From an uncultured virus (IMG/VR IMGVR_UViG_3300028603_000036) (Duplodnaviria; Heunggongvirae; Uroviricota; Caudoviricetes), in the IMG/VR virus record IMGVR_UViG_3300028603_000036: 64,000 bases of DNA; one strand, written 5' to 3'. Shown piece by piece: positions 27,272-36,422 of the stretch. The translations under genes were made by a program, and so were the position numbers. Within the stretch, counting starts at the first letter, position 1. Every line of letters begins with the position of its first letter. The notes beneath the pieces were generated by a model that saw only the letters and a program-made list of their open reading frames with translations, searched no databases and was not told the DNA's origin.

Positions 27272-27744
27272 TGGACATCATGCTGGTGAAGACGCCCGGC
27301 GGCGCGCTGGCGCCGGTGGATGCCGAGGCGCGGGAAATGGTGGACAAGCTGAAGCTGGGCCAAGGTATCCAGGCAAGTGTGCGCCGCGCGCGCAACGTGC
27401 GGTTTCACCGTAAGGGCATGGCCCTGTTCCGCCTGGCATACGACGTGTGGGAGCCGCTGACGCCGCTGGAATACAAGGGGCTGCCGGTCGCCAAGGACTT
27501 CGAGCGGTTCCGCAAAGACATGACGATCCTGGCCGGGTTCTACAAGGCCGTCTACAACGCGCGTGGCGAAGTGCGCCTGGAGGCGGAGAGCCTTCGGTTT
27601 TCGTCCATGAGCGAAGAGCGGTTCGAGGAAGTGTTCAACGCGGTGCTGAATGTCGTCTGGAGCCGGGTACTCAAGGCCGCTGGGTACGCCAGCACCGAGG
27701 ACGTGGAAGAGGTCATCGAAGAGCTGTTGAGGTTTGATCAATGA
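27271..27744 (+). CDS. DUF1367-like nin-region protein
   Basis: RNVRFHRK, FERFRK, SLRFSSMSEERF. Confidence 0.75.
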   Translation: MDIMLVKTPGGALAPVDAEAREMVDKLKLGQGIQASVRRARNVRFHRKGMALFRLAYDVWEPLTPLEYKGLPVAKDFERFRKDMTILAGFYKAVYNARGEVRLEAESLRFSSMSEERFEEVFNAVLNVVWSRVLKAAGYASTEDVEEVIEELLRFDQ

Positions 27745-28043
27745 AGCGCGCACCGACCGCCGCAGAGAAAAGGCACATGGGCCGGGTAGCGGCGCTGGGT
27801 TGCGTCCTGTGCGACCACCTGGGCCTGGGCGCGACGCCCGCGCAGGTGCATCACATACGCGAGGGCCAGGGCATGAGCCAGCGCGCCAGCAACTACCTGA
27901 CCGTGGGCCTTTGCCCGGAGCACCATACGGGCAAAAGCGGCCTGCATGGCCTGGGAACCAATGCCTTCGAGCGCACCTATGGGCTGTCCGAGCTGGATTT
28001 GCTGGCGATGGTCGTGGAGCGGCTGGGGGCGAAATGCAGGTAG
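27741..28043 (+). CDS. Ref/DUF968-like HNH-type nuclease
   Basis: GCVLC..QVHH..LCPEHH. Confidence 0.8.
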   Translation: MKRAPTAAEKRHMGRVAALGCVLCDHLGLGATPAQVHHIREGQGMSQRASNYLTVGLCPEHHTGKSGLHGLGTNAFERTYGLSELDLLAMVVERLGAKCR

Positions 28044-28255
28044 AAGCGACCACCGTGCGCTGTATCGACTGCGCCCACTACCGAATGAAGGACGCCGGGC
28101 AAATGGGGCGTCTCGGTTTCGGTCTGTGCGCCAAGAGCACCAGCACGGCCACGTTCGAGAGTTCGACGTATCCCCGGCAGTGTCCGATGTTCGGCCCGGC
28201 GGCTGAAAACGTGAAGGCTGCCAGGCTGGACTGGCTCAACGGATGCAGGGGGTGA
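28034..28255 (+). CDS. small Cys-rich hypothetical protein
   Basis: CIDCAHY..GLC..RQC. Confidence 0.6.
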   Translation: MQVEATTVRCIDCAHYRMKDAGQMGRLGFGLCAKSTSTATFESSTYPRQCPMFGPAAENVKAARLDWLNGCRG

Positions 28256-28257
28256 CG

Positions 28258-28698
28258 ATGGCGAACGCATTGCGATGGAGCGAAGAGCAGTTGGCCGCAC
28301 ACCTGCGCCGCAATCCGGTGACGGAGGCTGCGCCGTTGCCCCAGGCCCAGCCGGAGGCGGCATGCACGTACACGGCGCCCACTGAAAACCCGGCCATGAA
28401 CAAGACAGAGGCCGAATACGCCGGGATGCTGGAAGCCCAGCGCCTGGCCGGTTCGGTTCTGGCGTGGCAGTACGAGGCTGTCACGCTCAAGTTGGCTCAC
28501 AACACCCGCTACACGCCTGATTTCATGGTCGTGGCGGCTGATGGCGCCCTGGAGTTCCACGAAACCAAGGGCGGTTTCATTCGTGAGGATGGTTGGCTGA
28601 AGCTGAAGATGGCGGCATCCATGTTCCCGTTCCGTTTTTTTCTGTGCCAGAAGGCGGCAAAGAAGGATGGCGGCGGCTGGTCGATAAAGAGGATTTAG
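28258..28698 (+). CDS. DUF1064-like PD-(D/E)xK nuclease
   Basis: MNKTEAEYA, YTPDF, HETKG. Confidence 0.8.
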   Translation: MANALRWSEEQLAAHLRRNPVTEAAPLPQAQPEAACTYTAPTENPAMNKTEAEYAGMLEAQRLAGSVLAWQYEAVTLKLAHNTRYTPDFMVVAADGALEFHETKGGFIREDGWLKLKMAASMFPFRFFLCQKAAKKDGGGWSIKRI

Positions 28699-28700
28699 GA

Positions 28701-29333
28701 ATGGCAGAAAGAAAATCGGCACCCAGCACGCGCATGGAGCAGGCGGCAGCGGTGAGAACCATCGGAGCGCGGATGCGGCAGGCCAGAGAGCTGTGCAACC
28801 TGTCGCAGAGCGCGGCGGCCAAGCGTCTGGGCTACAGCAACAGCTCGAAGCTGTCCAAGGTGGAGGGGGCGACGGACACCAACAGCGTACCGCTGTGGCT
28901 CATCACGAGGGCCGCCAAGGTGTACGACGTGTCCGTGGATTTTCTTTTCGGCGTGAACGATGACTGGGAAACCGGCGCGCGCATGACGCAAGAGCGCGAG
29001 GTTTCCGCCTGGTTGTGGGAGGCGATGGAAAAAGCGCGGCTGCGTGACGTGGCGACTCTGAAAAAATTACACGACAAGCTCGAAGCCATGGGGGAGTCCA
29101 CCGCGATGATGCTGGAAACCACGGGCGATGCTTCGGCGGCGCTGGCCCGGTTCATTGAACTGAACCCAGGATTCGAGGACATGCCCGGCGGCGCGCGGCT
29201 GATGAGTTCCGTCGGGCGGGCGAACGGCGCGGCAAAGGGGGTGAAGGTCAAGCTGGAGCGGTTCAGGATGGAATGCAAGATGGCCGCAAGCGATACCCTA
29301 CAGCAAAGCCTGCCCCTGTGGGATGAGGATTGA
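28701..29333 (+). CDS. XRE HTH regulator (candidate late activator)
   Basis: N-terminal HTH; last gene before terminase. Confidence 0.75.
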   Translation: MAERKSAPSTRMEQAAAVRTIGARMRQARELCNLSQSAAAKRLGYSNSSKLSKVEGATDTNSVPLWLITRAAKVYDVSVDFLFGVNDDWETGARMTQEREVSAWLWEAMEKARLRDVATLKKLHDKLEAMGESTAMMLETTGDASAALARFIELNPGFEDMPGGARLMSSVGRANGAAKGVKVKLERFRMECKMAASDTLQQSLPLWDED

Positions 29334-29337
29334 TTGT

Positions 29338-30561
29338 ATGGCAGCAAAACCAAAGCTGACGCCCGAAGAGTGGGCGAAGGCGCGAAAGCACTGGGAGAAC
29401 GATTCACGCGACGGATACGCATGGCTGATTGCCGAGCTGGAGCTTCCCGTTTCGGGGCCAGCCGTGCGCAAGACGGCGTTGCGTGATGGATGGACGAAGG
29501 CGGAAGGGGCGGTAGCGGCAGAGAAGCCAGAGGCACCAGCCAAGGTAGAGGCCAAGCCAGCCACCAAGAGGGCGGCAGCAAAGAAGGTAGCAGCGAAGAA
29601 GGCTGCCGCCAGGGGCACCAGCACCCAGAGAGCCGCCAAGCAAGCAAGCAAGGTTTCCAAGGTTTCCGAGAACCATAAGGTTTCCGAAACCATGAGCAAG
29701 GCGAAAACCATAGAAACCTTGCCCACGACAACTTTGGACTCTCTGGAGGAAGACCCCGACCAGTTTGGGGTGCTGGAAGACCTGACCGATATGCAGGAAG
29801 TTTTCGTCAGGGAATACATGGTGGACTGGAATGGCACCAAGGCCGCAATCAGGGCAGGGTACAGCCCGAAGAGCGCATCAGAGATTGCTTACCAGCTCCT
29901 ACAAAAAACTCCAGTCAGGGATGCGATACAGGCGCTGGCGTCAGTGCGCGCCCGCCGTCTTGGCATAGACGCGGACGGGGTGATGATGATGTGGGCGGCC
30001 ATCATCGAGCTGGACGCCAACGAGCTTTCGCAACTGCGCCGGGTGTGCTGCCCGTACTGCCATGGAGAGAACCATGAGCGCCAGTACACGCCGTCTGGAT
30101 TGGAGGGTGCAAGGCTGAAGCATGAGCGGGAGCGTCAGCGCCGCCTGAAGGCTGACCAGAACGATGACATTGGCGACTTCCCGGAATATGAAGGGGAGTG
30201 GTACGACAAGCGCCTGCCGCCAGCCGAGGATTGCCCGGAGTGCCACGGCGATGGAGTGGAAGAGGTCTGGTTTGCGGATACGCGCCACCTGTCGCCTGCT
30301 GCCCGTCTGGCGTACTCCGGCGTGAAGGTGGGCCGTGACGGCATTGAGGTGCTGACCATGAGCAAGGAGAAGGCAGCGGACAACCTTGCCCGCGCGCTGG
30401 GGTTGTTCAAAGACAAGGAGGCTGATGTCAACATCAACATGGTTGCCAGTGAAGACCTGTACCGCGTGTTCGATGAGAAGATGCAGGCTGCCCGCGAGCG
30501 CCAGGCGCGAATCATGGAAGAGCGCGGCATGCTTAATGATGGCCGGGGAGGGGGCGAGTAG
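29338..30561 (+). CDS. terminase small subunit
   Basis: FVREYMVDWNGTKAAIRAGYS; CPYC and CPEC motifs; AKK-rich linker. Confidence 0.88.
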   Translation: MAAKPKLTPEEWAKARKHWENDSRDGYAWLIAELELPVSGPAVRKTALRDGWTKAEGAVAAEKPEAPAKVEAKPATKRAAAKKVAAKKAAARGTSTQRAAKQASKVSKVSENHKVSETMSKAKTIETLPTTTLDSLEEDPDQFGVLEDLTDMQEVFVREYMVDWNGTKAAIRAGYSPKSASEIAYQLLQKTPVRDAIQALASVRARRLGIDADGVMMMWAAIIELDANELSQLRRVCCPYCHGENHERQYTPSGLEGARLKHERERQRRLKADQNDDIGDFPEYEGEWYDKRLPPAEDCPECHGDGVEEVWFADTRHLSPAARLAYSGVKVGRDGIEVLTMSKEKAADNLARALGLFKDKEADVNINMVASEDLYRVFDEKMQAARERQARIMEERGMLNDGRGGGE

Positions 30562-30563
30562 GA

Positions 30564-32141
30564 ATGGCCCGCCGTAGAAAAAACCGGAACCTGCTTGAAG
30601 ATCCCCGCTACGGTGATTTCGTGGAGCGTTACCACGCCGACCCGCTGCGCTTTGCCGTTGAGGTGACGGGGTTCCTGCCGAGCGAAGACCAGGAAGCGCT
30701 GTTCCAGGGAATCACCGAGCCGAACGCCAAGGTGTCCGTGGTGTCCGGCACCGGCACCGGCAAGACGGCGGCGTTCGCCCGGATTGCCCTGTGGCACCTG
30801 CTGTGCTTCCCGCTGGCCTTCTATGAGGGCAAGGTGGAGATCGGCAGCAACACGTACATCGGTGCGCCGTTCATCCAGCAGGTGGCTGATGGCATTTGGA
30901 AGGAAATGCAGGACGCCAGGGTGGCTATCGGCAACGGGCCGCATGCCTGGATACTGGATTTCTTCACCATCACGAAGACTCGCGTCCACGTCAACGGGTA
31001 CGCCGATCAGTGGTTTGTGACCCAGATCGCAATGAAGAAGGGCGAGGCCATCGGGGTAGCAGGTAAGCACCGCTACTGGCAGCTCATCATCATTGACGAA
31101 GCCGCCGGTGTCGGCGATGACCACTTCGACGTTATCGACGGCACCCAGACCCAGCCGGGCAACCGGACGCTGATGGCGTCGCAGGGCGCCCGGAGCGCTG
31201 GGCGGTTTTACGACTCGCACCACACGTTGAGCATAAAGAACGGCGGGAGCTGGCTGCCGCTGCGCTTCAGCTCCGAGCGGTCGCCGTTCGTGACGACAAA
31301 GTGGCTGCTTGACCGGGCGAACGAGTCCGGTGGGCGTAATTCGGTCGAATACCAGATACGGGTTCTGGGCCTGTTCGCGCAGAGCAGCAGTAACGTCCTG
31401 CTGACCCGCGCCGACATCGAGGAAGGGTTCAAGCCGCGCAAGATCATCCAAGACGATGAGCCGTTCGGCCTGGTGGTGCTGTCTGACGTGGCCCTGGGCG
31501 AGTACCGCGACGACTCGGTGGCGATTGTCGCCAAAGTAATTGGTGATGCCGACCACGGCCCGGACGCCCGGCGCGTGGAGTTCATCGAGATACCGATTTG
31601 CTCCAACGACAAGAACGAAATCGACTTGGCCGGGGATCTGGTCAACCTGGTGGGCAAGCTATCGAACGCCACTCTGTACGTGGATGCCGGGGGCGTGGGC
31701 GCGACCGTCTGCAAGCTGATCGAGCGTTCCGGCGCGACGGTGACGCGGGTGAACTGGGGTGCGCCGTGTTTCAAGAACGAATACAAGCAGCGGTTCTACA
31801 ACCTGCGGGCCTGCGCCATGGTGCGGTTCCGCGATGCCATACGCCAGGGGCGCGTAGTGCTCCCGCAGGGGCTTCCCAAGAAGTTGGTCGAGAAGATCAT
31901 CGACCAGGGTTCCCGGCTGCCGTACTACTTCAGTGAGGCGGGCGGCCTGCGCTATGTGATGCAGAGCAAGGAAGACATGCGCAAGGCTGGCATCAAGTCG
32001 CCCGACTTGATTGACGCCATGAGTTTCGTGTTCCTGGAGGGCGCGACCTACATGGTGGCCGGTGGGGCCGCCAGCGAGGCCACCAACCTGACAGAAGCGG
32101 TGCTGGACAAGGCCGAGGATATGTTCGCTGATGTCGAGTAA
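30564..32141 (+). CDS. terminase large subunit (P1 PacB-like)
   Basis: SGTGTGKT, IIIDEAAGV, VDAGGVG, SPDLIDA. Confidence 0.9.
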   Translation: MARRRKNRNLLEDPRYGDFVERYHADPLRFAVEVTGFLPSEDQEALFQGITEPNAKVSVVSGTGTGKTAAFARIALWHLLCFPLAFYEGKVEIGSNTYIGAPFIQQVADGIWKEMQDARVAIGNGPHAWILDFFTITKTRVHVNGYADQWFVTQIAMKKGEAIGVAGKHRYWQLIIIDEAAGVGDDHFDVIDGTQTQPGNRTLMASQGARSAGRFYDSHHTLSIKNGGSWLPLRFSSERSPFVTTKWLLDRANESGGRNSVEYQIRVLGLFAQSSSNVLLTRADIEEGFKPRKIIQDDEPFGLVVLSDVALGEYRDDSVAIVAKVIGDADHGPDARRVEFIEIPICSNDKNEIDLAGDLVNLVGKLSNATLYVDAGGVGATVCKLIERSGATVTRVNWGAPCFKNEYKQRFYNLRACAMVRFRDAIRQGRVVLPQGLPKKLVEKIIDQGSRLPYYFSEAGGLRYVMQSKEDMRKAGIKSPDLIDAMSFVFLEGATYMVAGGAASEATNLTEAVLDKAEDMFADVE

Positions 32142-32142
32142 T

Positions 32143-32183
32143 GGAAAACGGGGCGCTTTTGCATGCTGTCGCGCGCATACCAT
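32143..32183 (+). promoter_or_regulatory. late promoter motif 1
   Basis: GGAAAA-N29-TACCAT. Confidence 0.75.
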
Positions 32184-32207
32184 CCTTTCATCAAGGAGGT
32201 TTCCACC

Positions 32208-33035
32208 ATGCAAACCAAGGTAATCACCTACAACCTGAAAGAACGCGGTCGCCAGTTTCGCGGCAAAGAGCGCCATTTCAACATCCGCGCCATTTGTGAC
32301 GCCATCAATAGCCCGGCCTGCCAGGAACGAGTCAAGAACCGCGACATGCTGGGCTACTACGGACACTGGCCGCGCATCAAGTTCGGCATGAACCCGGCAG
32401 AGGGCGGCATGGATGGTGGCCGCCCGTCGCTGGTCGAGCCTGCGCTTGTCACGACGCTGCTGCGCGCGCACCCGGACGGCACGATTGAGCATCAGGCAGA
32501 GTTCCTGAACAACGACCCCGGCCAGGTGGCGGCAAAGCTCTACACCAGCCGCGCGGGCGGTTTCAGCTCCGCTATCGACCAGCACCGCCCGGAGTTCTTT
32601 GGATTCGACTACGTGCTGGAGCCGAATTACAGCACCAACCGGGGCTACACGCTGGACGATGTGAACGGCATGACGCTGGATGACATTGAGGCGGCTATCT
32701 ACGATGAGCAGATGCGCGGCGTTATGCGGCTGCTGGACTCTGCCAATACGGCCCGTGAGCAGGCGAACGAGGTTATTGAGCGCCTGCGAGCAGAGAACGA
32801 GCAGTTGCTTTCCATGGTGGCGGCCAGCGGCAAAGATCCATTGGCGGCCCTGGATTCCGTCGCCATTGCCCCGATAGCGGTGTCTGCCGACCCGGTTGAG
32901 CGCATGAAGCGCGACGCTGCCGCGTTCCATGGCGCTGATGCGCTGCCCGAGTTTATCGAGCCGCGCGGGCCGGAGAAAGACCCGACCGACCAACCGCTTT
33001 ATGGCCGCCTCCTGGGCCAGTTCATGCGCCGGTAA
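32208..33035 (+). CDS. probable head-processing protease
   Basis: GYYGH, GGFSSA, GFDYVLEPN resemble prohead protease motifs. Confidence 0.65.
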   Translation: MQTKVITYNLKERGRQFRGKERHFNIRAICDAINSPACQERVKNRDMLGYYGHWPRIKFGMNPAEGGMDGGRPSLVEPALVTTLLRAHPDGTIEHQAEFLNNDPGQVAAKLYTSRAGGFSSAIDQHRPEFFGFDYVLEPNYSTNRGYTLDDVNGMTLDDIEAAIYDEQMRGVMRLLDSANTAREQANEVIERLRAENEQLLSMVAASGKDPLAALDSVAIAPIAVSADPVERMKRDAAAFHGADALPEFIEPRGPEKDPTDQPLYGRLLGQFMRR

Positions 33036-33041
33036 TCACAC

Positions 33042-33815
33042 ATGCTAGAACCAGTCAAAGTTGCATTCGGCGGATATTTGAGCCGCTACTTCGATTCCGT
33101 CGTGCCTACCACGAAGCCCCTGGAGGGGTTTGTGGCGCGTCCGCTTTCCAAGGCCATCGCCTGGGCGCCGTCGCGCATGGTAGATGCGGCTGAAGACATG
33201 TTGGCGCTGTGGATGCGTACCGACATGGAGAATGCCCCCACCACGCCACCAGAGCTGCCCGCCATTATCGTGGCGATGGCGAAGGACTACACGCCCACGG
33301 GCCGGGACTACACCCGCCAGGTGGCCGACCGGCAGATGGTGATGATTCCGGGCGACGACAAGGAGCGACTGTTCGGCTTGCGGGCCTTGGCCGGTGATGT
33401 GCGGGTGCAGATCGTGATATTCGCTACGGATGAGCCGTCGGCCCGGTCGCTGGCCGCTCAATTCCTGCTGTTCCTGGATGAAACCGGCAGCCGCCGGTTT
33501 GAGGCGTCCTATCGGTTCGCTGGCATAGATACGGCCTGGCCGGTGCAGATTGAATCGCCGGACGTTCCAGCCATGTCCATTGCCACCGGCTCCAAGAATC
33601 TGACTGTGCTTGCCATGGACATCACGCTGCGGGCGGAAATCCCGCTGTTCGATGCGCCCAAGGATGGCGAGCCGAATGACGGCAAGGGCGTTCCTGGCAC
33701 GGATGACCCGGCAGGCTACCCGCTGGTGCAGTCCGTGAGCGTAGACAGCATGGACGGGAACGCCATGACGATTCGTAGCTACGAGGTATCGACCGGCGAA
33801 GGGGGCGAGCCGTGA
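33042..33815 (+). CDS. virion morphogenesis protein
   Basis: Coupled ORF in the late operon. Confidence 0.6.
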   Translation: MLEPVKVAFGGYLSRYFDSVVPTTKPLEGFVARPLSKAIAWAPSRMVDAAEDMLALWMRTDMENAPTTPPELPAIIVAMAKDYTPTGRDYTRQVADRQMVMIPGDDKERLFGLRALAGDVRVQIVIFATDEPSARSLAAQFLLFLDETGSRRFEASYRFAGIDTAWPVQIESPDVPAMSIATGSKNLTVLAMDITLRAEIPLFDAPKDGEPNDGKGVPGTDDPAGYPLVQSVSVDSMDGNAMTIRSYEVSTGEGGEP

Positions 33816-34300
33816 TTCAGTTCCAGGCGACGATCACCGGCTACGGCGGGCGGCCTTGCTCCCTGTTCTCCGCGTATGACCCTGCTGCCCGCGTCCTGGT
33901 GGTGAGCGCGGAAGCGGCCTACCGTGCCGAGCGCCGGGAAGGCTGCATCGTGCTGACCAATGACCAGGACATAGCCCGCGACGGCCTTTTCACGAACGAC
34001 AGCCTGATGGACGCCATTGAGGCGTTCTATTCGCTGAAGGCGGGTATTGCGTCCGACGGCAAGAGCGCCCGCCTTGTGTTCGGCAACCGGGCCGCACGGG
34101 CGAACCCGGAGCAGTCCATCGAGCGGGACAGCATCGACACCAATGGCCCCAAATACCGAGTCAACCCGGAAATCACCTGCGGGCAGATCGCGGCGCTGGC
34201 GACGTGCCTGCATGCCGCCCGATCAGACACCGTAGAGCGCACCGTCAAGCTGGCAGAGTCGTTCCGCGACCTGCTGGGCGGCGGGATCATGACCATTTGA
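33812..34300 (+). CDS. hypothetical late protein
   Basis: GTGA overlap. Confidence 0.6.
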   Translation: MIQFQATITGYGGRPCSLFSAYDPAARVLVVSAEAAYRAERREGCIVLTNDQDIARDGLFTNDSLMDAIEAFYSLKAGIASDGKSARLVFGNRAARANPEQSIERDSIDTNGPKYRVNPEITCGQIAALATCLHAARSDTVERTVKLAESFRDLLGGGIMTI

Positions 34301-34311
34301 AAGGGGTCGTC

Positions 34312-34650
34312 ATGCTTGATCGAGACACCCGCGCCGCCAAGAGCTTTTACCGCGAGGTGCGTAAGTTCGCGGAAAGCGTCAAGTCGTGGGATGCCACGGC
34401 GGTATGGTACGAAACGAAGCCCGATGAAGCGCATGACCTGACGCTGGTTTCCCAGCGCGTGTACGGGCGTCGTGATGAGGTTCTGGCCGTTATGGCTGCT
34501 GCTGGCCTGGATACACCGTACCAGCCGCTCCCCCAGAAGCGTATAGCGTTGCCCAGCGACGGGCTGCTGATGAGCATCAAACGGCGCACGGGCTTTGAGT
34601 CAGTCGCGCAGTACCGCCGAGACTTCGCGCCAACCTGGATGGAGCCGTAG
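34312..34650 (+). CDS. probable baseplate protein (LysM/tail-X-like)
   Basis: DLTLVSQRVYG..AAAGL. Confidence 0.55.
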   Translation: MLDRDTRAAKSFYREVRKFAESVKSWDATAVWYETKPDEAHDLTLVSQRVYGRRDEVLAVMAAAGLDTPYQPLPQKRIALPSDGLLMSIKRRTGFESVAQYRRDFAPTWMEP

Positions 34651-34652
34651 CC

Positions 34653-35732
34653 ATGGATAACTGGCTTGGCAAAGTCCGGGGGCATGTCGGAGAGCAGAAA
34701 GGGCGGTTTGAGACTGACCGGCGCGAGCGTGAGGCCGCTGGTCGCGCGCCCGCTGACAAGAACATCATCCTGACCGAGCGCGAGGTACAGGGCGAATGGG
34801 ATGCCGGTCGCGTTCTGTTTACGACCCTGGGCGGGCAGGCCAGACCGATTACCGCCGATGACCTGGCCGCGTTCCGCCAGAATATGCGGCAGGCGGAAAG
34901 GCGGTTCAAGGGCGGAAAGGGCATCACCGCGCGCCAGGTTATCGACCTGGCATCTTCTACGCCGCTGCGCTACGTGTCGCCCGGCCAGCCATCCAGTGAC
35001 ATCGACAAGGCCCGCCGCGAAATCACCATGGCCGCGCCGGTGTCCGCGCTGAACGGCACAATTCGGTTCATGACCAACGCGGGGCCGGACTCCAAGGTGA
35101 GCCGTCACCATGTCGTGGTCAACCTGCACGAATTTGAGGGGGCGGCGGCCCAATTGGCTGCCGCATCCCGGAAGGACGGAAAGACGCCAAAGCAGGTGGC
35201 AGGCTGGCTTCGCAAGCAGAAGCTGTCATTCGACTGTGATTGCGAGCGCCACCGCTATTTCTTCCGGTACGTCGCCACCATCGGCGGGTTCGCCGCCGGG
35301 CGCAAGGAAACCGGCTACCCGAAGATCCGCAACCCGCGACTGATGGGCGTAGCCTGCAAGCACGTCCTGCGCGTCATGACCGAGCTGGAGTCATCCACGG
35401 CAGTCCTGCGGTTCCTGGAAAAGCACCTTGCCAGCGTGTCCGAGTACAAGGCGCGCACCCAGCTCACGCAGATGGAGGCGGAAGACGCACTGAAGGCCAG
35501 GACGCCCGCGCGCATCAAAACCAGTGAGCAGCGGGCAGCCGAGGCCGCCCGTGTGCGAGAAAAGCGGGCGCTGGCGCGTTCAGCGAAGCAGGCTTCGGCC
35601 AAGCGTCCAAGCAGACCCGCTCCAGCTACACGCCGATCAACGAAGAGTGCAGCCGCCACACTGGGCAGCCAGTACGGCATGACGCCCGACCAGGTGCTGG
35701 CGCTGCTGGCTCAACACGCCAAGAAAGGATAA
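34653..35732 (+). CDS. late protein with SWIM-like Zn finger
   Basis: FDCDC...ACKHVLRV. Confidence 0.65.
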   Translation: MDNWLGKVRGHVGEQKGRFETDRREREAAGRAPADKNIILTEREVQGEWDAGRVLFTTLGGQARPITADDLAAFRQNMRQAERRFKGGKGITARQVIDLASSTPLRYVSPGQPSSDIDKARREITMAAPVSALNGTIRFMTNAGPDSKVSRHHVVVNLHEFEGAAAQLAAASRKDGKTPKQVAGWLRKQKLSFDCDCERHRYFFRYVATIGGFAAGRKETGYPKIRNPRLMGVACKHVLRVMTELESSTAVLRFLEKHLASVSEYKARTQLTQMEAEDALKARTPARIKTSEQRAAEAARVREKRALARSAKQASAKRPSRPAPATRRSTKSAAATLGSQYGMTPDQVLALLAQHAKKG

Positions 35733-35735
35733 GCC

Positions 35736-36317
35736 ATGCTGACCAATGTGCCGACCGCCATCAACCGGATGGCGCGCAATGTGGTGATGAATCACCCAAA
35801 TTCGTTCAACTGCCAGGTGTTCCGCAAGGGCGTCACGCGCACCGCGCCGGACACCATGGGCGGCGCTCCGACCATGGGTGGCCTGGGCGTCCTGGATTCG
35901 ATGGACGAAGAGAAGTACGAATACCAGTTCCTGGGCAATGGCTACGCGCTGCCCGCCGAGGGCTTTTCTCCGGCCCCCATGACCAAGCGGGGCGACGCGA
36001 ACATCGGCGCGAACGATGAGTTCCTGTTCATGGTTGAGCCTGAACACCCGTCCGGCCATGAAGAGTGGTTCGACCTTCGCAGCCATGACGTGGTTTACCT
36101 GCTGCTGGGCCTGGAAGCGTCCGCCCCCATGCTGGCGTTCGAGGTGGTGGCCATTGAAACCACGTCCAACATCCCGCCATACACGACTCGCTATGTCATG
36201 AACCGGCGTGACGACCTGCATATACCCGCTGGCGCGCTGGTCGATGAGGATGATTCTGGCGACCCAGAGACGCCGACGCCTGGTGATGATGATGTGCCGC
36301 CGGAGGGCGGGGGCTAA
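35736..36317 (+). CDS. virion morphogenesis protein
   Basis: RBS AAGGA; late operon. Confidence 0.6.
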   Translation: MLTNVPTAINRMARNVVMNHPNSFNCQVFRKGVTRTAPDTMGGAPTMGGLGVLDSMDEEKYEYQFLGNGYALPAEGFSPAPMTKRGDANIGANDEFLFMVEPEHPSGHEEWFDLRSHDVVYLLLGLEASAPMLAFEVVAIETTSNIPPYTTRYVMNRRDDLHIPAGALVDEDDSGDPETPTPGDDDVPPEGGG

Positions 36318-36322
36318 AACCC

Positions 36323-36363
36323 GGAAAACAGCCCGTTTAGGGTGCGCCGTGGGCCTTGAGAAT
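36323..36363 (+). promoter_or_regulatory. late promoter motif 2
   Basis: GGAAAA-N29-GAGAAT. Confidence 0.7.
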
Positions 36364-36422
36364 GTTCGTCAGTCGGTATTAACCGGCGTCCGTGACTGAA
36401 CTTTCCGAAAGGACACGAAAAC

